Source: Chrysomallon squamiferum (taxonomy: Eukaryota > Animalia > Mollusca). Taken from it: a stretch of 64,000 nucleotides of DNA. The notes below the pieces were generated by a model that was not told the DNA's origin, made no database searches, and worked only from the letters and a program-made list of their open reading frames with translations. Made by a program: the position numbers and the translations under genes. This document shows positions 38,601 to 50,200 of this stretch, piece after piece (position 1 is the first letter of the stretch; each line of letters opens with the position of its first letter). The stretch covers positions 15,004,001 through 15,068,000 of the forward strand of contig CM022666.1 in NCBI GenBank assembly GCA_012295275.1, given 5' to 3'.

Positions 38601-40058
38601 GTATACAGTTTATAGCATGTTGATTGTGATAGTTGGTGATGTTTTTGTACATTAGTTAAATAAATTAATTCTGTGAGAAATTTAGTTTGAATGCCTGACC
38701 GGTCCTAGAGTGATCGAAAATGCAAGAAGTTTGCAAATGAAACCTACTTAAATGAAAATTAAATTTTATTTAGATTTTCTTTACTGGATATATTATACAT
38801 GTACACCTATAAAAAACAGTATTTTACTGTGAGTTGTGAACAACTGTTTTACACATTTTATAAAACCTTTAGAAAAAAACTTATTTTAAAACTGTGTTAC
38901 AGACAGGAGATTACAAGTCTTTTGACGATTTCCACGCCGATATGATTCTTGTACAGAGCAACTGCAACCTCTACAACCACCCAGACAGCAAAGTGAGGCA
39001 GGATTGTGAGGAAGTGTTTGCATTTTACCAACAAGAGCGAGCTAAAGTGCTAGACAAGCTGCAGAAAGTGAGACACATCTTTGTTTCTCACTTTAAAATG
39101 TCACTAACTTGTTATGTTGTTATTCAGTAAACAAGCTGCAGAAAGTGAGACATATTTATTTCTCACTTTAAAATGTCACAAACTTGTTATGTTGTTATTC
39201 AGTAAACAAGCTACAGAAAGTGAGACACATCTTTATTTCTCAATTTAAAACAGTTTTATCTTGTTGTGTTCTTGTACATATCTTTTTTAACCATTTTCAC
39301 TTGTTTTATTTCATGTTTTTTCACCACCCCAGTCAGTTTTCTGTGACTGATTTATCAAATGCTTTAGACTCTGTTTAGTACCTTTTTTTCTGGAACAATC
39401 ACTTTCTGCAAATGAAAAGGTGTAACCAGCAGAGGATATTCCTTTTTCATTATCTGTATGTTCCTTAACCATTGGTTTGACATATGCTGTAGCTTAAAGA
39501 TATATTGTTCAGCAAAAAGTTATTTTTGATAAACTTTATAATAACCGGTAGTCTGTTAATTCATTATTGGTCAAGGAGGAGCTGTATGAGGTACTTACTC
39601 TTCAAACTGATTTCAACTGGCATAACTGAGATGTGCCAACTGAATTTATCTCAAAGATTATGTCCAACATTTGGTCAGTATTTTCTAGAGGTACAGTTTT
39701 CAGTGGATTTACTGAAACTTGGCCCTTTCAGGAAATGTGACCTTTTCAACCTGGCAGTAATAAAGATTTTTGAAATTACAAAACATCTACACCAAGAATT
39801 TGCTCACTAATCTAAAACAATTGTTTCTTTCGAAACTGAAAATGGTCGACAGACAAGTTTCATATTTCCCTTTGTCATTTTATGTTTTTCAGTATTTCTT
39901 ATAAAGTAGATAGTTTTTAGTCTTTATTGTGTTCTTGAATTACATTTGAATAACATTACACAGTTAAAAATAAAATTTAAATAAATTTATTTCAGGGTAT
40001 GAACTTTTCTCCAGTGGTGAAGAAATTTCGGATAGATAAAAGTCCTGCAAAATCCTAG
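23973..40058 (+). CDS. EMSY: EMSY (BRCA2-interacting transcriptional repressor) homologue with N-terminal ENT domain and C-terminal bromodomain; 24 coding exons, ~1394 aa
   Basis: Exons: 23973-24133, 24403-24477, 24798-24973, 25295-25423, 26177-26400, 26967-27180, 27804-27901, 28388-28511, 29252-29422, 30037-30180, 30894-30997, 32071-32220, 32425-32536, 32821-32977, 33538-33602, 34034-34137, 34325-35375, 35645-35799, 36612-36831, 37416-37575, 37708-37790, 38166-38245, 38903-39067, 39996-40058. All junctions are GT-AG and phase-compatible, total 4185 nt. The ENT domain reads MWPMLLDLSRDESKRVLRRMELEAYSSVITAFRAQGDLTKEKK...ISTERHRAEVRRAVNDE, followed by EGRRLVPLMPRLVPQTAF. Further EMSY motifs: NVVVLPSG, KPTIQIKQE, PNVIVVQKT, LDPQTGLF. 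Confidence 0.9.
26500..26966 (+). repeat. Six tandem copies of an acceptor-containing unit (GATAGTTTCTGAGATACATYACAGATAAATTTGTTTTTCCAG) separated by (AG)n/(TG)n
   Basis: Copies at ~26503, 26581, 26678, 26759, 26855 and 26927; the last ends at the real EMSY acceptor at 26966. Confidence 0.88.
28978..29165. repeat. ~42-bp minisatellite (AATAACAATAACAATAATGACAGTAATACTAAAAGTAATAATAA), ~4 copies
   Basis: Visible tandem units in an EMSY intron. Confidence 0.85.
32233..32424. repeat. Two ~95-bp tandem copies making up almost the whole EMSY intron 12
   Basis: CTTCATTCTGTCCT...CACAAAAAGCTTACAAATATTAAAAT.CTGATGTCTGTTTT occurs twice; the second copy ends in the acceptor TTAG. Confidence 0.85.
33090..33345. 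repeat. (TAT)n microsatellite
   Basis: Visible run. Confidence 0.95.
33582..33860 (+). repeat. ~29-30-bp minisatellite (AACACAGTATTATACAATAGGTCAGTGTC), ~9 copies, first copy spanning an EMSY exon/intron junction
   Basis: The first unit contains the exon-15 end (TQYYTI) and the donor at 33603. Confidence 0.88.
37545..39067 (+). other. Bromodomain-encoding exons of the EMSY gene
   Basis: GWVRASLGLIQRVSKFRGANREKGDLNAAAWFLKPVDPVDAPNYYSVVKNPMDFGTIKKKIETGDYKSFDDFHADMILVQSNCNLYNHPDSKVRQDCEEVFAFY contains the canonical FxxPVD, PxYY, PMD, Y..F..D and NCxxYN motifs. Confidence 0.92.
39053..39260 (+). repeat. Three ~75-78-bp tandem copies of the end of EMSY exon 23 plus its donor
   Basis: ACAAGCTRCAGAAA|GTGAGACA at ~39054, 39131 and 39206. 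Confidence 0.88.
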
Positions 40059-41254
40059 CAGAGATTGGAGGAGAAAAAAGAGAAGAAGAATGGCCAAAAC
40101 AAAATGTAATTTTATTTGATCTTAAAATATTTTCTACAGCTTCAACAATATTTTATTATTTTATTGTTCTTTTTATTTTATTTATTTTTTTTTTTTTGCA
40201 GGGATGGGCTGGGAAGAGAATTGTACACTTTTTATTGTGTAATTATATGTGCTAAATTATTGTTTAAAATTACAGTGATCATCTAAACAAAATAAATAAA
40301 TAAATAAATAAATAAATTCTTAATTCTTCAGTTCAGACTTACACATGATAGAAAATACATACAGTTTAGTGAAAACAAAAATAAATAATTTAAATGTTTA
40401 AAAAGAAAAAAACGTTTTTGTAAAAATGACACAACAACAGTTGAAAAGAATACTGAGACAATGGTAGAAGAAACAGAAAATAAAAGAAAAATGTGTCTGT
40501 TGTATTTTGAAATTTCCTCCATTTTCAAACTTGAATTGAAAAAACCTGAAATATTTAACAAAATTCGAAAATAATCTGGATTCAAAACAATGTAAAAAAT
40601 AAAATAGTTTGTTGGAAAAACATATTAAAAAAAAAAAAAAAAAAAAAAAAAGAAAAAGAAATATTCAAAAATGATATTATTTATTTAAAAATTACAGAAT
40701 TTATTTGATAAAGATTTTTATTTTTCTTATTTTATTTAATAATATTATTTTAACAATAATATTTTTGAACATATTTCCTTATCAGGTATTCGACATCAAA
40801 GTATTTTGTATTTATTTTTATTTATTTTCTCCCTTATTTAAACTTGGAGATTTGTCTTTGCTGATGTTAAAGGATGACTGTTAATGGCAAGTGTGTGGAG
40901 ATTTCAAAGATGCTGTCATTTTTCCTGTGCATTTAACATCTTACATTTTACAATAAATTATTTTGAAAAATAAAAATAAATACTTAAAAATGTATCATAG
41001 TAACTTCAGGAATGCTTTATTCACAACAGTTTTTTTTTTTTTTTTTTATTATCTAGGAAGCACAAAGATTTTTATTTATTTTATTTTATTTTATTTTATT
41101 TACTACATATATTATTTATTTATTTTATTTTAGTTTAGTTTATTTCATTTTATTTTATTTCCATGTATTTATATATATATATATATGTTTTTTAAAATTT
41201 ATTTGTTTATTTATTTATTTATTTATTTATTTATTATTATTATTGTTATTGTTA

Positions 41255-41307
<53 letters not shown>

Positions 41308-42034
41308 TTTAATGTAAGTCTTATCAAGTATACCTAAAAAAAAGGGTGGGTGTGGAAATGGTTATATTTGTGGATATATCAGTCTAAAGTTTTCAGACTG
41401 TTTTGCTTGACAGTCATACTTTATTATTAGCAAAGATGTCCCCAGATTATAAAATGTATTTCAGCTAGATATTTATATTTCTAAAATTATACTTAAACAA
41501 CAACAGTACAAATCAGAATGTGTTTCTGGGTTTTTGGTTAATTTGTGATCTGTATTTGCAAACATTGTAGCACTACAAAGGTGACCCACTTAAAACTGGT
41601 CTAACTGAATATTTGATAATCTCATGAAGGAAATCTTTTGTTTTGCATTTTTGCTTGTGACTATAAAAACTGGTTTATCAAAGATAAATACTGTGTTCTC
41701 TCCTACTTATGAGCAGGTGCACCTATAAAGATAGTTTACTGCTAATATGTTATTGTTACATAAATAATTATAATGGCAGCAGATTCTGTTTCTTATAAAG
41801 TTGTATGCACTGGGGTTAAGCATAAGATTGATTCTTAAAGCATTTAATACATTTATTTTAAGAACTTATTGATATTCTTCTCTTAAATGTATTTATAATC
41901 AGTTGTTAAATGAATGTAAAATATTTCAGTTCAGTTTTATTATTATTGCAACAGTAAGGTATGACATGTATGTCATTATGTTAATAAAATAGAAAGTAAA
42001 TTAAAATAGAAAGTAAATTGTTCAAAAGAAAATA

Positions 42035-42144
42035 CAGTGGTATTTCAGTTAATTTCAGTTGAGAAAACTGATTTGACATAAGAGCAATTTGAGTTACAAG
42101 CTTGGTCTTGGAACAAATTAAACTTGTAAGTCAAGGTACCACTG
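42035..42144. mobile_element. Short non-autonomous Tc1/mariner-pogo (Tigger-like) MITE remnant
   Basis: TA|CAGTGGTA ... TACCACTG|TA gives inverted termini with a TA target-site duplication. The right end read inward, CAGTGGTACCTTGACTTAC, resembles Tigger/pogo-type TIRs. Confidence 0.6.
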
Positions 42145-42718
42145 TATATTTCAGCTGTTCTGTTTATAACACCACATATCAGATCTGTTTTTTTAAGCTG
42201 TATGGCTTGACTCAGACATTCCTCATTTTATTTCTTAGAGACTGAAAGATATTTCACTGAAATTTGGGCATTTTTGTTTTCAGTTTTCAATTCTGTATTA
42301 ATTTTTAATTTTTTTTTTTTTTTATTTAGTTGTTTATTATTATTTTTTTTTTTTTAAACAGACCCATAGAACTCTTGATGATCTACATCAAAACAGTTTA
42401 TTTAACATTTTAATGCCACATCAAGACTTTTTTTTTTTTAAATCCATCTTTAATATCAGCCCATTCAGTTAAAGAAGCTTTAAAAAAAAAAAAGAAAAAG
42501 ATCTAAACTTAAATAGTAACTTACATGATAAAAAACAAAACAAAACAAGAACAACAAAATAATAACATGTTAAAGTAAGATGGAAGAAAAGTACTTCTGT
42601 CAGTTGTATTTTAATTTCAAATTCAGTTGATTGTTGAATATATGTTATATATTATGTGTTCTATTGTATTAATATCAAAACCTACCGATTTTTATCTTGG
42701 GTTTTGATGGATTTTTTA

Positions 42719-42755
<37 letters not shown>

Positions 42756-42761
<6 letters not shown>

Positions 42762-42862
42762 CAAAATCAAAATATCAAATCAAATCAGATCAAATACAAA
42801 AAAGTCAAAAACAGGTTTTGATATTTCATCTGATTTGATTTGTTATTTTGATTTTGATTTTT
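42756..42862. repeat. 41-bp inverted repeat (2 mismatches) with a ~25-nt spacer
   Basis: The left arm AAAAATCAAAATCAAAATATCAAATCAAATCAGATCAAATA (42756-42796) pairs with TATTTCATCTGATTTGATTTGTTATTTTGATTTTGATTTTT (42822-42862). Confidence 0.85.
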
Positions 42863-42987
42863 TAATTTATCTATTATTTATCTTTTTTTATTTTATTTTT
42901 ATATTTCTGTTTCAATTTCAGACTTCTTATGCTGTCCTTTGTGAAGTATTGTATATTAAAAGGATGAAACAGTTAAAAAGAGGAAAT

Positions 42988-43025
<38 letters not shown>

Positions 43026-43344
43026 CATGTTAGAGATAAATGAATAAAGAAATACAAAATAAGAAAAACTATCAAATTCGTTATCACAGTATGTACAAAA
43101 TTAGTCGTGTACACTTTACATAGATTACAGTTAGGTTTTTCAGATTTGTTTGTTACGACAAATGCAGTTGGTTTCTACAGTTGTCACATTGTTAGTTACT
43201 GGTGTTATTTACAGCTAGTGTTAAGTAAAACCATAGTGCAATAAAAATATTATTAACCAAATCAAAATTCTTTTGTTTTTTGTTTGTTTTGTTAAATGTA
43301 TTATTTTTATTTATTGGCAAGATCATCCATCATTATTTGAGCTT

Positions 43345-43650
43345 CCTGGTATAGAATGTTGTTGTTATTTTAACTTACTGTTATGGAATTGTGTTGTTAT
43401 TTTAGCTTATTTGTATAGAATGTTGTTATTTCAACTTACTGGTATAGAATGGTGTTATTTCAACTTATTGGTGTAGAAGTATTATTTTAACTTACTAGTA
43501 CAGAATGTTATTTTAACTTACTACTAGAGAATATTGTTATTCTAACTTATTAGTATAGAATGTTGATATTTTGACTTACTACTATAGAATATTGTTTATT
43601 TTAACTTACTAGTATAGAATGTTGTTATTTTAACTTAATGGTATAGAATG
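43345..43650. repeat. ~27-30-bp minisatellite (TTTTAACTTACTRGTATAGAATGTTGTTAT), ~10 copies
   Basis: Visible tandem units. Confidence 0.88.
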
Positions 43651-45094
43651 ATGGCCTAAGATTTCATAAGTAATTGGCTCAGTGCTCTATTCTTGTTACT
43701 GGTGTTGGATGCTGTGTTTTGTTTTGTTCACCAGTTTGTACTTAATGACTTGCTTATCAGATAATATGGTATATAATGTCCTGTTTGCAGGTCTGTGAAT
43801 GTATGTTTGTACATTTGTCCATGTATGATAAATGTGTGTGAGCATGCATGCATGTGTGTATGTGAGAGAGATGCATGTAGATTTAATGGGAAAGCTACAC
43901 TTTAACTGGGATAGAAACATAAAAATACCTTCTACATTGACCACATCTGTTAATATATGTTCAGTAAAACATATTTGTTAGTTTGATGAGAAAACATTTT
44001 TCTCTCTTTATTAGCACAGACAACATGTTCAGTCTGGCTTTATTAGAATCAGCATTTGACGTGTACAAATATGCTAAGAGTAGGATATGTTCTCTTTGCC
44101 AGGCTCACAACTGAACATAAGAAGCACAATTTTAATGAAGGAAAAATGCCATCATAATGAAAAGCAAAAGAACCATATCCAGAAAACTATTTTGACATCA
44201 ATCAAAATAAAATAATATTAAAGTTTAAAAATTAATAATAAAAAGAAAGAAAAATATAATACAACAGTATAGAAGTAATTAGTTTTCTTATATAATTATA
44301 AAGCAAGAAAACTAAATAAAAATTAAAAGCTGATATTTTTCACATTTTCAGTGTTTCTTCTGAACTTAAAGTTACCTTTGATCATAAGCTATTTAAATAC
44401 AATCTCCAAGTTAAAATTTATTTTTTGCCTTTCTTCACTAATAAGATAACAACAATAAATAAGTAAATAAAAAAAATAATAATAATAATAAAAAAAAAAT
44501 ATATTTCCTGAAATATTTTGTGAAAAAAAAAAAAAAGAGTATTTGATTAAGCCAAAACAATCAGATTTTCTGAATTTGGTTTTAAAATAAAAGTTATTTG
44601 CTAAACAGAATAAATAGAGTAATAGTGACTGAATTAGTGAATAAAAGAAAACATTCATAACAAAGATTTAAGGGAGAAAAAAACCTTTATTATTATTATT
44701 TTTTTTTTTTTTACAAGTCGGTTATATTAATTTTATTTATGAACAAATTTTCATTTCAGTGCATTTTAACTGTCCACAAAAATGAAATTCAGTTTTATTT
44801 GAACAGGATTGGATCCATCCAAAATTTATTTCAGTTTGTAAAGCTAATCCAACGAAAACAATTTTATAGAGCTTGCAAACTCTGTCATTCTCTTAACAAA
44901 CAAATATAGATCAAATACTGAAGATTTCACTTCTTTGTAAATTTAAAGAAATGTACGGTTTTTTCACCAAAGAATGAAAAAAAACACAAAAAAAAAAACA
45001 CAACTGGAATCGGAGTAACAATGCTAATAATTTCTCATTAAACATGCAAATTGTTTGGAACTAAATTGTCAGTCATGAGTTAAATAAACATCTG

Positions 45095-46075
45095 CTCCAT
45101 GTTGAATCAAAATAACATTTATGTAATAATGAAAGTAACATATTTGCTAAACCCAGATCAAAATAACTCAATTTTCACATTTACTAAATATGAATCAAAA
45201 TAACTTGTTTTTACATTTGATGAATTTGAATCAAAATATCTCTTATCTTTGATTAAAATAACTTCAGGGAATCTGAATCAAAATAACTTATATTGCTACA
45301 TTTGCTAAATCTGAAACAAAGTTAACTCATGAATTCACATTAGTCAAGCAATAATGAAAAGAATACATCACTACATCTGCTAAAAGTAAGTCATTTATCG
45401 ATGTTTGCAAAACCTGTTAGCTACATCTCAAAACTGAATGTCTCATTTTAACATCTGTACCTCAGAAGACAAATAATTCGTATTTCCTAAATCTGAAGAG
45501 ATATAATTAACAACTTAATGTCTGTTGTACAATAACAAAAATCACTCATGATAGCTGTATCTAAATTGGTGACTGATGTTTCTATATTTATTGTTTCTGA
45601 CTCAAAATAATTCTATTTCCACATTTACTCCTTGAGAATCAAAATAAAAAGTTTCCACGTTCTGGATCAAAATAACTTCTGTATTTCTGTATTTGACAAA
45701 TTTGAATCAAAATAACTCCTGTTTGTGCATTTGCCAAATCTGAATCAAAATAACTCCCATTTCTGTATTTGCCAAATTTGAATCAAAATAACTCCTGTTT
45801 CTGTATTTGCCAAATGTGAATCAAAACAGCTGCAGTTTCCATATCTGCCAAATGTGAATCAAAATAGTTCCTGTTTCTGTAACTGCCAAATGTGAATCAA
45901 AACAGCTGCAGTTTCCATATCTGCCAAATTTGAATCAAAATAGCTCCTGTTTCTCTATCTGCCAAATGTGAATCAAAATAGCTCATTTCAATATTTGCCG
46001 AATTTGAATAAGAAATAACTGATGTTTCCGTATTTTGCCAACTTTGAATCGAAGGAACTGATTTTCCGACACACT
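45095..46075. repeat. ~38-bp minisatellite (TTGCCAAATYTGAATCAAAATAACTCCTGTTTCTGTAT) in the presumed ENOX 3' UTR
   Basis: Well-conserved core at 45690-46010 with degenerate copies on both sides. Confidence 0.88.
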
Positions 46076-46101
46076 GTGAATTTTGACTGGGAAGAAGTAA
46101 C

Positions 46102-47177
46102 TCATGAGTCGACATTTCCTGTGTCTGTGTAGGCCTGGAACACCCACCGACGTTCCAGACGTGCTCCGCACCCTTTCAGCTCCTGCTGAAACAGACTGGG
46201 CAGTTTGTCGAGGACGTCCTCCACCTCGCGCACACGCACTGACACCAGCTGATTGAGGTAAGACCACAGGTAGTCAATGGTGGCGCCAAACGGGTGCACG
46301 TGAAGGAAACAGCAAACCAAACCTAAAAAATGTCACAGAAAAAAAAAAAAAAATGTTTTGCTACACCATTATTTTTAAAGTAATTTCGTAATTTTAAGTC
46401 ACGTTGTATAAATTAAATCCAGTGTTCTAAAAGGCTGACTTAAGAATACATGTTAAACTGATTATTTTATGATATATCTCTGGTTTACCAAATAATTATT
46501 AATTGTAAAATATAACTGACACAAATTTACACTGTTTTGAAAATGATTATATCATATACCCATCAGACTAAAAATAAACTGATTACAGGCATAATATTTA
46601 ACTGACTTTTAAAATGTTATTATACAAGATACATCAAGTAATGATTGATATAAAATATAATAAACCTGATTTTTTTCAAATTTAAACTAACTGTAGATGA
46701 ATATTAAACTGATTACTACATGTGTAATTCTATAATTATGACCGATTTTGACAGTTTTAAATAGATTGCAGACATAATGTTAAATTAACTTCAGGTAAAT
46801 TTAAAAAATTATAACAATGGATCTGACACAGCTGGCAATTATTAAAATAAAAACACGGATCTGCAAGATTTAAACTAACTGTAGATGTACTATTAAACTG
46901 ATTACAGGTAAATTTCAAACAGGTGTACTGAACGTACTGAGGATTTTGGCTTCTTTCTGGGACAGTGTGATACCAGAGCTGCTCACAGTTGGGTCAGTGC
47001 TGAGGAGACTGAGCCCAGGGACTGCCAGGGTGGGGGAGGCACTTGAAAAGTTTGTGTCTTTCTTCTCAGAGCTCTCTTCACCTGCCTGCTGAGAAAAATA
47101 AACTTGAAAATTAAATAATACCACAAAATGACGGTGTTTCACTAAAAACATCTTTGCATATTTCTCTGAAACATCAG

Positions 47178-47209
<32 letters not shown>

Positions 47210-50200
47210 CTCAGAAAAATAATTAAGATTTTAATTTATTTAAAAAAAATTTTTTTTTTTTTTTCTGGACAGATATTTTATTTTATCATAATGAATTAAG
47301 ATAGTCTTTACATCATGTTAATCTAAAATGGTTAATTTGGAGAGTAAAGTCATTGGTATGTGATACCTGTATGTGTGTGAATGCTACTGTTTGTTTGCAA
47401 GTCTGTCTTTGTGAATGCTGAAATGTATAGTCCTGCATACCTATGTGCATTATGTGTGTTTGTAATTGAATGAATGCCTTCAGAGGTGTTTCTGCTTGTA
47501 CAAATATAGCTGTTCTTATTTGTGTATATAACAGATTTCTCCTACCTTTTCTGTTGCAGCATCGGTTCCATTCTCTTGAGTGGCCTGTTTTTCCACTTCC
47601 TGAGCAGACAGTTCTTTTTCTCTCAGCTCCTTCTCTTTCTGCAGAGCTCTCTCTTCCGACTGCTTCATCTGGCGCTGGGAGTTTATCAGTTGCTAAAGAC
47701 AACACAGCTGCTTTTAGTACACATACACGTAAACAAGGTTTACAAACAAGAATCATCTAATCCCAAATGAATGTGGATGATGTGCTGACAGAAGATGATA
47801 AGATTTAACAAAGAAGTAATTTTGGGGACAAAAATGGGCTGATGAGATTTTTGAAAGAGCTTGTCTCATGGAATATTACACAGTAATGTTCTGTGTTTGT
47901 AAAAACCAACCTGCTGCATTCCTTGCAGAGCGTTCTGCAAAGCTTTGATCTGTTTGTCTTTCTCCATTATTGTGCTCTTTGACTCCTCCTTCACAAAGTC
48001 CACCTCATTCTTAAACGCCTCCATCTGACAGCGCAGGATGTCGTTCTCATCCTTCAGGTTATTGAGAGAATCTGAAATCGCGAGAAAACTATGAATAAAC
48101 TGAAAACTATGAATAAACTGAAAACTTAACCTTGTATGGACGAAGATACTGAAGGAAAAGAATTGTTGTCTGTGACTGAGTGATATGTGAATGAAGTGAG
48201 GTTTGGATTGGGATTTTAGAGCTATTTTTTAGAACTTATGAAAGTCGCCACTTTTTTTTTCTGTTTTGCTTTATCCAGTTTATGAGACATTAATATTAAA
48301 CCAGCTAAATTATTTACTGACAGTTCACTTGATTTACTTATTTAAGAAAAAGTGCTGATCAGCCAATTACTTAAAAATATAATCATTACTTTTATCAAAT
48401 ACTCACTTGTATAAAATATAATCATTACAGTTTCATCTAGTACATACTGGTATAAAATATAATCATTAGAATTTCATCAAGTACTCACTGGTATAAAATT
48501 TAATCAGTTTCATCTAGTATTCATTGGTATAAAATATAATCATTACAGTTTCTTCAAGTATAAAATATAAGTATTAGATTTTCATCAAATATTCACAGGT
48601 ATAAAATATAAGCTTAAGAATTTCATCAAATACTCACTGGTATAAAATGTAATCATTACAGTTTTTTCAAGCATTCAGTGGTAAAAAATATAATCATTAG
48701 TTTAATGATGTACTCATTGGTATAAAATATAATCATTTCAGTTTCTTCAAGTATTCACTGGTATAAAATATAACCATTACAGTTTCTTCAAGTACTCAGT
48801 GGTATATAATATGAAGATTAGAATTTCATCAGGTTCTCACTTGTATAAAATATAAATATAAATATAAAAATTTCTTCAAGTTTTCACTTGTATAAAATAT
48901 AAACATAAGAATTTCATCAAGTACTCAGAGATATAAAATATAAACATCAGAATTTCATCAAGTACTCAGATATAAAATATCAACATCAGAATTTCATCAA
49001 GTACTCAGTGATATAAAATATAAACATCAGAATTTTATCAAGTACTCAGTGATATAAAATATAATCATTAGTTTCTTGAAGTACTCAAAGGTATAAAATA
49101 AAAACATCAGAATTTCACCAGGGGTGAAAAATATGAAATAAAATTATCAGTGATCTATCAAATACTCACCAGCGCCAGTTTCTGGTTTTCGTTTTTTCGC
49201 TGGTGTAGAATCACTTTCCCCATCAGACAGATCCATTTCATCTTCCTGTCGGTCCTTGAGAAAATCATCTTGTTGTACCTTTATTATCTCCTGCAATATA
49301 ATTTTTGAGGAAGCCAAACAATTTAAAAACAATAAATACATAGCTAAAATAAACTTAAAAAATCAAACAAGAATTTTAAATTAAATTTAAAAACATTTTT
49401 AAGAATTAAATAAGAAAATTAAACAAATAATCAAAACAAAAAGACAAATTTATTTTTATTAATTTCTTTAGTTTTTAAAAATAAGTTTTCTTTAATTTTA
49501 ATAATAAGTTTTACATTTGCTTTTGAGATGCATTTTGCATGGAAGATAAAAAAAAATAATAATAAATAATGATAATAATGAAAAAAACTGTTATGTTAAA
49601 ATCAAAAACCTTTTGGAAATTAATTTTTATTAAAATTATATTCATTTTAAAATAAATTATAAAAAAAAAAAATGTAAATTTTAGAAAAGTAAAATAATAA
49701 TAACAATAATAAATAATAAATAAATTTGTGTGAATTTTCATTCATTCTGAAAGAAAAGTATAAAGCATAATAATCAAAATTTATCAACAATATCAGCAAA
49801 AATTTGAAATAAAAAACCCCAAAACATCTAGGTAATAAATCCGAATAAAATGTCTGAAAATGAATACATTAAAAATGTATTACCAAATTTTTACCTGACT
49901 CCAAAACGCGACTTAACGAGAATCACATTACGGTTCTTGTTCTCTCCAGCCTCCCATTAAAGTAAATTACTTACACAAATAACAGAGCAAAAATGTAAGA
50001 ACTGTTCATAAAAATCAAGAAAGTTTAACTTCTTTACTCAAACTTGCAACATCAACTGTATAATCCTCATTTTAATACACATCTTACATTAACAGTATGT
50101 CCATAGTTTAACTTTTTACATTAACTGTATGTCTAAGCTGTAATTTAACATTTTGCATTAACTGTACATCCTCTGTTGTAACTTAACATTTGACATTAAT

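Noticed and set aside
37416-40058. Bromodomain exons as an independent gene
   Set aside because: The first exon starts at an acceptor in phase with EMSY exon 19, and no EMSY terminal exon with a stop was found upstream. Fusion is more parsimonious, pending cDNA.
47313-47770. ORF-track proteins of 147, 96 and 82 aa
   Set aside because: Wrong-frame or antisense readings over the true ENOX exon 47546-47692.
48372-49140. CRISPR-like appearance of the 30-40-bp repeat arrays (also 33582-33860, 43345-43650, 45095-46075)
   Set aside because: Units are head-to-tail without unique spacers, there are no cas genes, and the context is eukaryotic intron or UTR.
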